From an uncultured virus (IMG/VR IMGVR_UViG_3300008450_005828) (lineage: Duplodnaviria; Heunggongvirae; Uroviricota; Caudoviricetes), in the IMG/VR virus record IMGVR_UViG_3300008450_005828: DNA of 20,000 bases, one strand, 5' to 3'. The notes beneath the pieces were generated by a model, which was not told where the DNA came from, ran no database searches, and was given only the letters and a program-made list of their open reading frames with translations. Shown here piece by piece: positions 16,372-20,000 of the stretch; position 1 is the stretch's first letter, and each line of letters starts with the position of its first letter. The position numbers and the translations under genes were made by a program.

Positions 16372-17460
16372 ATGGATACATTAAGAGCCCTTTTAGAGAG
16401 TGATGCAATTACTGAGCAAATGAAAACAGAAATTCAAGAGGCTTGGGACACAAAGATTCGCGAAAATCGAATTGCTGTTACCGCAGAACTTCGTGAAGAA
16501 TTTGCACAGAAATACGAGCACGACAAGAGTGTTATGGTTGAGGCTATTGACGCATTGATTGGAGAGAAGTTGTCTGAAGAGATGACAGAGTTCCACGAAG
16601 ATCGCAAGCAACTAGCAGAAGCCAAAGCACGTTATGCTGTAGCAATGAGAGAAAATACAAAACTAGTAAAGAAGTTTGTAGCAGAATCTCTAGCTAAGGA
16701 AGTTTCTGAGTTACACGAAGATCAAAAAGAAATGGCAAAGAAATTTGCTGTACTCGAAGAATTTATTGTTGAACAACTTGCAAAAGAACTTGCAGAATTC
16801 CAAGAAGATAAAAAAGATTTAGCCGAAACAAAAGTACGTCTTGTACGTGAGGCTAAAGCACACTTCGCTAAAGTTAAACAAACCTTTATCGAAAGAACCA
16901 CAAAACTAGTTGCTGAAACTGTTGAAAAAGGACTCAAGTCTGAAATTCATCAGTTGAAGGAAGATATTGAAGTAGCTCGTAAGAACGACTTTGGTCGTAA
17001 GGTTTTTGAAGCATTTAGTTCTGAATACTTGAATTCACACCTAAATGAAAAATCAGAATCTAAAAAGCTATTAAAAGTTCTCGAAGCAAAAGACAAGCAA
17101 CTTGCTGAAGCAAAAAAACTTACTGCCAAGGCAGTACAAATTGCTGAATCAAAAGGTGCTGAAGTAAAGCGTCTTGCAGAGTCACGCGAAAGAGAAAAAG
17201 TAATGAACGAGTTAGTTGCTCCATTGAGCAAAGATCAACGTGCAATTATGACAGATTTACTGGAAAGTGTTCAAACAAGTAGACTACGTTCTGCGTTTGA
17301 AAAGTATATACCGGCAGTTATTGACGGTAAGTCTCCAGCAAAGCAGAAGGCAGTATTATCAGAAGGCAAAGAAATCACAGGCAATAGAGAAAATAGTTCG
17401 ATTAAACAAGCTAGCGACAGTAATGTCTTCGACATTAAGCGTTTAGCAGGATTGAAATAA
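16372..17460 (+). CDS. gp22: Prohead core scaffolding protein
   Basis: Long E/K-rich coiled-coil protein between the protease and the major capsid, the conserved gp21-gp22-gp23 order. AAGGAG SD. Confidence 0.8.
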   Translation: MDTLRALLESDAITEQMKTEIQEAWDTKIRENRIAVTAELREEFAQKYEHDKSVMVEAIDALIGEKLSEEMTEFHEDRKQLAEAKARYAVAMRENTKLVKKFVAESLAKEVSELHEDQKEMAKKFAVLEEFIVEQLAKELAEFQEDKKDLAETKVRLVREAKAHFAKVKQTFIERTTKLVAETVEKGLKSEIHQLKEDIEVARKNDFGRKVFEAFSSEYLNSHLNEKSESKKLLKVLEAKDKQLAEAKKLTAKAVQIAESKGAEVKRLAESREREKVMNELVAPLSKDQRAIMTDLLESVQTSRLRSAFEKYIPAVIDGKSPAKQKAVLSEGKEITGNRENSSIKQASDSNVFDIKRLAGLK

Positions 17461-17470
17461 GGAGAAAATT

Positions 17471-18649
17471 ATGTCAGAACTACTAGAAAGTCGCTGGCAG
17501 GAGACAAAAACAGCCCTTCTTGAAGGCCTACAAGGCAACAAAAAAGCAGTTATGGCTACTACTCTGGAGAATACTCGTAAGTATCTCTCAGAAAGTGCAA
17601 CTGCTGGTGCTACTTCTGCTGGTAATATCGCAACACTAAACAGAGTCATTCTACCGGTTATCCGTCGTGTTATGCCAACTGTTATCGCTAACGAACTGGT
17701 CGGCGTTCAGCCAATGACTGGTCCAGTTGGTCAAATCCACACTCTAAGAGTACGTTACAGTGATTCGTTCACTGGTAGCGCAGGTGGTAACGTAACTGCT
17801 GGTGAAGAAGCACTAAGCCCATTCAAGATCGCAGAAGGTTACTCAGGTAACGTTTCCGGTGCTGATAGAGCTGCTAACACTGCTGTTCTTGAAGGTACTG
17901 CTGGAAACAGACTAAGTATCCAAATCTTGAAGCAAACTGTAGAAGCAAAGTCAAGAAAGCTAAGCGCTCGCTGGACATTTGAGGCTGCACAAGATGCACA
18001 AGCAATGCACGGCATCGACGTTGAAGCCGAAATCATGGCTGCTCTTGCTCAAGAAATTACTGCTGAAATCGACCAAGAAGTTATCCGTAGCTTGACTACC
18101 CTTGCAGGTAGTGCCGTTGAAACATACGACCAGGCTGCTGTTAGCGGTACTGCTACATTCGTTGGTGACGAACATGCTGCTCTAGCAGTTCAAATCAACC
18201 GTGTTTCAAACTTGATCGCTCAGCGTACACGTCGTGGTGCTGGTAACTGGGCAGTTGTTTCACCAACTGTTCTAACTCTTCTACAGAGTGCAACTACTAG
18301 TGCTTTCGCTCGTACTACCGAAGGTACTTTCGAAGCCCCAACTAACACTAAACTAGTTGGTACACTAAACAACGCAATGAAGGTTTATGTTAACACATAT
18401 GCTTCAAGCGACAACGTTCTAATCGGTTACAAAGGTTCTTCAGAATCAGACGCAGCCGCTTTCTATTGCCCATACATTCCGTTGATGAGCAGTGGTGTTG
18501 TTCTTGATCCGTCAACATTCGAACCAGTAGTTAGCTTCATGACTCGTTACGGTTATGTAGAACTAACTAACGCAGCGTCATCTCTTGGTAACGCAGCGGA
18601 CTACCTAGGTGTTGTTGGTGTAACAACTGCTAACCTATCATTCAGCTAA
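17471..18649 (+). CDS. gp23: Major capsid protein
   Basis: gp23 motifs IRRVMPTVIANELVGVQPMTGPVGQI, EAKSRKLSARWTFEAAQD, EITAEIDQEVI, RRGAGNW, GYKG...AFYCPYIPL and FEP...FMTRYG. Confidence 0.97.
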   Translation: MSELLESRWQETKTALLEGLQGNKKAVMATTLENTRKYLSESATAGATSAGNIATLNRVILPVIRRVMPTVIANELVGVQPMTGPVGQIHTLRVRYSDSFTGSAGGNVTAGEEALSPFKIAEGYSGNVSGADRAANTAVLEGTAGNRLSIQILKQTVEAKSRKLSARWTFEAAQDAQAMHGIDVEAEIMAALAQEITAEIDQEVIRSLTTLAGSAVETYDQAAVSGTATFVGDEHAALAVQINRVSNLIAQRTRRGAGNWAVVSPTVLTLLQSATTSAFARTTEGTFEAPTNTKLVGTLNNAMKVYVNTYASSDNVLIGYKGSSESDAAAFYCPYIPLMSSGVVLDPSTFEPVVSFMTRYGYVELTNAASSLGNAADYLGVVGVTTANLSFS

Positions 18650-18664
18650 TAGTTGAAGAAATAG

Positions 18665-18695
18665 AAAAAATAGGCCCTACGGGGCCTATTTTTTT
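18665..18695 (+). terminator. Strong intrinsic (bidirectional-type) terminator after major capsid
   Basis: AAAAAATAGGCCC-TACG-GGGCCTATTTTTTT: a perfect stem, a C(UACG)G UNCG tetraloop and a T-run. Confidence 0.92.
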
Positions 18696-18696
18696 G

Positions 18697-18704
18697 GATA
18701 AATA
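18697..18704 (+). promoter_or_regulatory. Late-type promoter GATAAATA
   Basis: Directly after the terminator and upstream of the AAGGAG SD and ATG 18722. Confidence 0.6.
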
Positions 18705-18721
18705 TTCTAAAGGAGAAAAGT

Positions 18722-18910
18722 ATGTTCACTGGTACAATTTATAAATTTTCTAAAACTCATGGGTATATTAAACCGGATCGATATGGAAGTTTTGCAGGCG
18801 ACATACTTTTTGATAAACGAGAATACGATTTTCTTTTATCTGATCGTGTAACCTACGAACAGTATGAAAAAAATAATAGAAAATACGCATACAATATAGA
18901 AAAAATTTAA
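18722..18910 (+). CDS. Cold-shock-domain-like (OB-fold) small protein
   Basis: MFTGTIYKF...HGYIKPD...DILF...DRVTYE...YAYNI follows the CSD pattern (TG.VK.F, GYGFI.P, D.F.H, G..V.FE, A.NV) in degenerate form. Strong SD. Confidence 0.65.
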   Translation: MFTGTIYKFSKTHGYIKPDRYGSFAGDILFDKREYDFLLSDRVTYEQYEKNNRKYAYNIEKI

Positions 18911-18917
18911 AAATTAC

Positions 18918-18946
18918 TTGACAAAGACAAAAAAGAGTATTATAAA
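18918..18946 (+). promoter_or_regulatory. Sigma70-type promoter
   Basis: TTGACA (18918-18923), 17 bp spacer, TATAAA (18941-18946). Confidence 0.6.
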
Positions 18947-18969
18947 CAGTATCTGCACCAAACAGTAGA

Positions 18970-19242
18970 GTGAGGGCTACCGTGGAACAAGATACGTTTT
19001 GGAATGATATCATTGATACTCTAAAACAATGGCGTCGTAAACATCGTAGTTACGCTCCGCAAATTTACAAAGTTCAAAAAACTTTTGAAACTATGCATAT
19101 TCAGTATCAAAAGAATATGCAACAACATTTTCAAAAACGATCTGTTGGCAGTCTTGCACGAGCAGAACAAATAAAGCAAGAGGCCGAGCAGATGTTTAAA
19201 AAAATATCAAAATTAGAGTTTTTAGCAACACTATCAAAATAA
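18970..19242 (+). CDS. Hypothetical protein
   Basis: 90 aa ORF between its own sigma70-like promoter and a terminator. The true start may be GTG 18982, after GAGGG. Confidence 0.65.
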   Translation: MRATVEQDTFWNDIIDTLKQWRRKHRSYAPQIYKVQKTFETMHIQYQKNMQQHFQKRSVGSLARAEQIKQEAEQMFKKISKLEFLATLSK

Positions 19243-19264
19243 TCCGCCTGGTGCGGATTTTTTT
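19241..19264 (+). terminator. Intrinsic terminator
   Basis: AATCCGC-CTGGT-GCGGATT followed by a T-run. Confidence 0.75.
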
Positions 19265-19293
19265 ATGGGTATATAACCCATTTCTTCTTATTT

Positions 19294-19301
19294 GATAAAT
19301 A
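19294..19301 (+). promoter_or_regulatory. Late-type promoter GATAAATA
   Basis: Upstream of a ~75 nt structured leader and ATG 19383. Confidence 0.6.
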
Positions 19302-19309
19302 CTATGTCA

Positions 19310-19382
19310 AGAGTGTGCCTTACAGCATACTTTATGCGGAAACCCGCCGCGTAGACCTAGAACGTCAATTAAGGAGAAAACA
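19310..19382 (+). promoter_or_regulatory. Structured 5' leader (candidate cis-regulatory RNA)
   Basis: Hairpins 19311-19318/19325-19332, 19333-19339/19347-19353 and 19354-19356/19364-19366 precede the AAGGAG SD. The first two contain G-U pairs. Confidence 0.5.
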
Positions 19383-19856
19383 ATGGGACGTCCACTACCA
19401 AGAAAATTATTCGGTCCTACAGATGCAACAACACCAGCATCGGGAGATACATGGTCAGCAGATGGTGCTGACCCACAGGGCCGTACACTAACATCACAAG
19501 CACAAAACTGGAACAAAGGTTATAACATTCCAGTTTACAAAGCACGTATTACTGGTCAACCTATGGACAGTATGGGAACAGGATCTGGTCCGTACATTCT
19601 ATCACAAAAAGGTTCTAGAAAATTTAAAGTAAGAACTGACAACGGCGACGGCATTTGTAAATTAGTCAACGACGACGACAGTTCGGTATTAGCAGAAGGC
19701 GAAATGGTACTACAAGGCTTTATTACTGCCGACGGTTCACCAATTTATTTACAAAGAATTACTAAAAGAAGAGCATACGACTTTAGTGGAAATGCTTACT
19801 CATGGTATGTAGATAACGATTCAACTGCAAATATCATCATGTTGACTGCTATCTAA
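19383..19856 (+). CDS. Hypothetical late (probably virion structural) protein
   Basis: 157 aa beta-rich ORF (MGRPL...YILSQKGSRKFKV) with a strong SD, under a late-type promoter. Confidence 0.7.
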   Translation: MGRPLPRKLFGPTDATTPASGDTWSADGADPQGRTLTSQAQNWNKGYNIPVYKARITGQPMDSMGTGSGPYILSQKGSRKFKVRTDNGDGICKLVNDDDSSVLAEGEMVLQGFITADGSPIYLQRITKRRAYDFSGNAYSWYVDNDSTANIIMLTAI

Positions 19857-19868
19857 TAGGAGTTTAAG

Positions 19869-20000
19869 ATGGCCAAGTCTAAAGTTAATAACTACGGTGT
19901 AGATCTATTAAGAAATTCAATCAACAGCGGCGGCGTAATTGAGTTTGACGTCGGCAGCGGTACGGTATTAATTAATGGTAATCTAAATGTAAGCGGCGAA
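19869..20000 (+). CDS. Partial ORF (runs off right edge), probable virion/tail-fibre-like protein
   Basis: AGGAG SD at 19858-19862. MAKSKVNNYGVDLLRNSINSGGVIEFDVGSGTVLINGNLNVSGE is open to the window end; the INGNLNVSG motif resembles fibre beta-repeats. Confidence 0.6.
   Translation, partial: MAKSKVNNYGVDLLRNSINSGGVIEFDVGSGTVLINGNLNVSGE

Noticed and set aside
1..20000. Stop-codon reassignment, inteins/introns in core genes, CRISPR arrays, tRNAs, IS elements
   Set aside because: Core genes are full-length and uninterrupted in code 11. I saw no spaced repeat array, cloverleaf, transposase or intein motif.

Overview
This window is 20 kb of an AT-rich, T4-like (T4-superfamily, myovirus-type) dsDNA phage genome read in the standard code. 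It starts with leftward baseplate/tail genes (a partial hub-like ORF, gp53-like, tube-initiator-like). A rightward block under sigma70-type promoters follows: gp55 late sigma factor, gp47/gp46 Mre11/Rad50-like nuclease, a small basic ORF and a GIY-YIG nuclease. After it lies a ~520 bp non-coding region full of helices and pseudoknots, then a putative internal head protein, a leftward gp26-like gene and the tape measure gene. The head cluster comprises portal gp20, a small ORF, a Maf/GT42-like glycosyltransferase, an acidic core protein, protease gp21, scaffold gp22 and major capsid gp23. The window ends with a cold-shock-like gene and further late genes. Highlights: (1) a candidate large, multi-pseudoknotted ncRNA directly after the GIY-YIG gene; (2) an unannotated start-less ORF joined to the gp26-like gene by a T-TTT-TTC -1 slippery site, like tail-chaperone G/GT frameshifting; (3) TAAATA late promoters with a possible upstream element; (4) a structured leader at 19310-19382. 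All family assignments come from motif recognition, not database searches.
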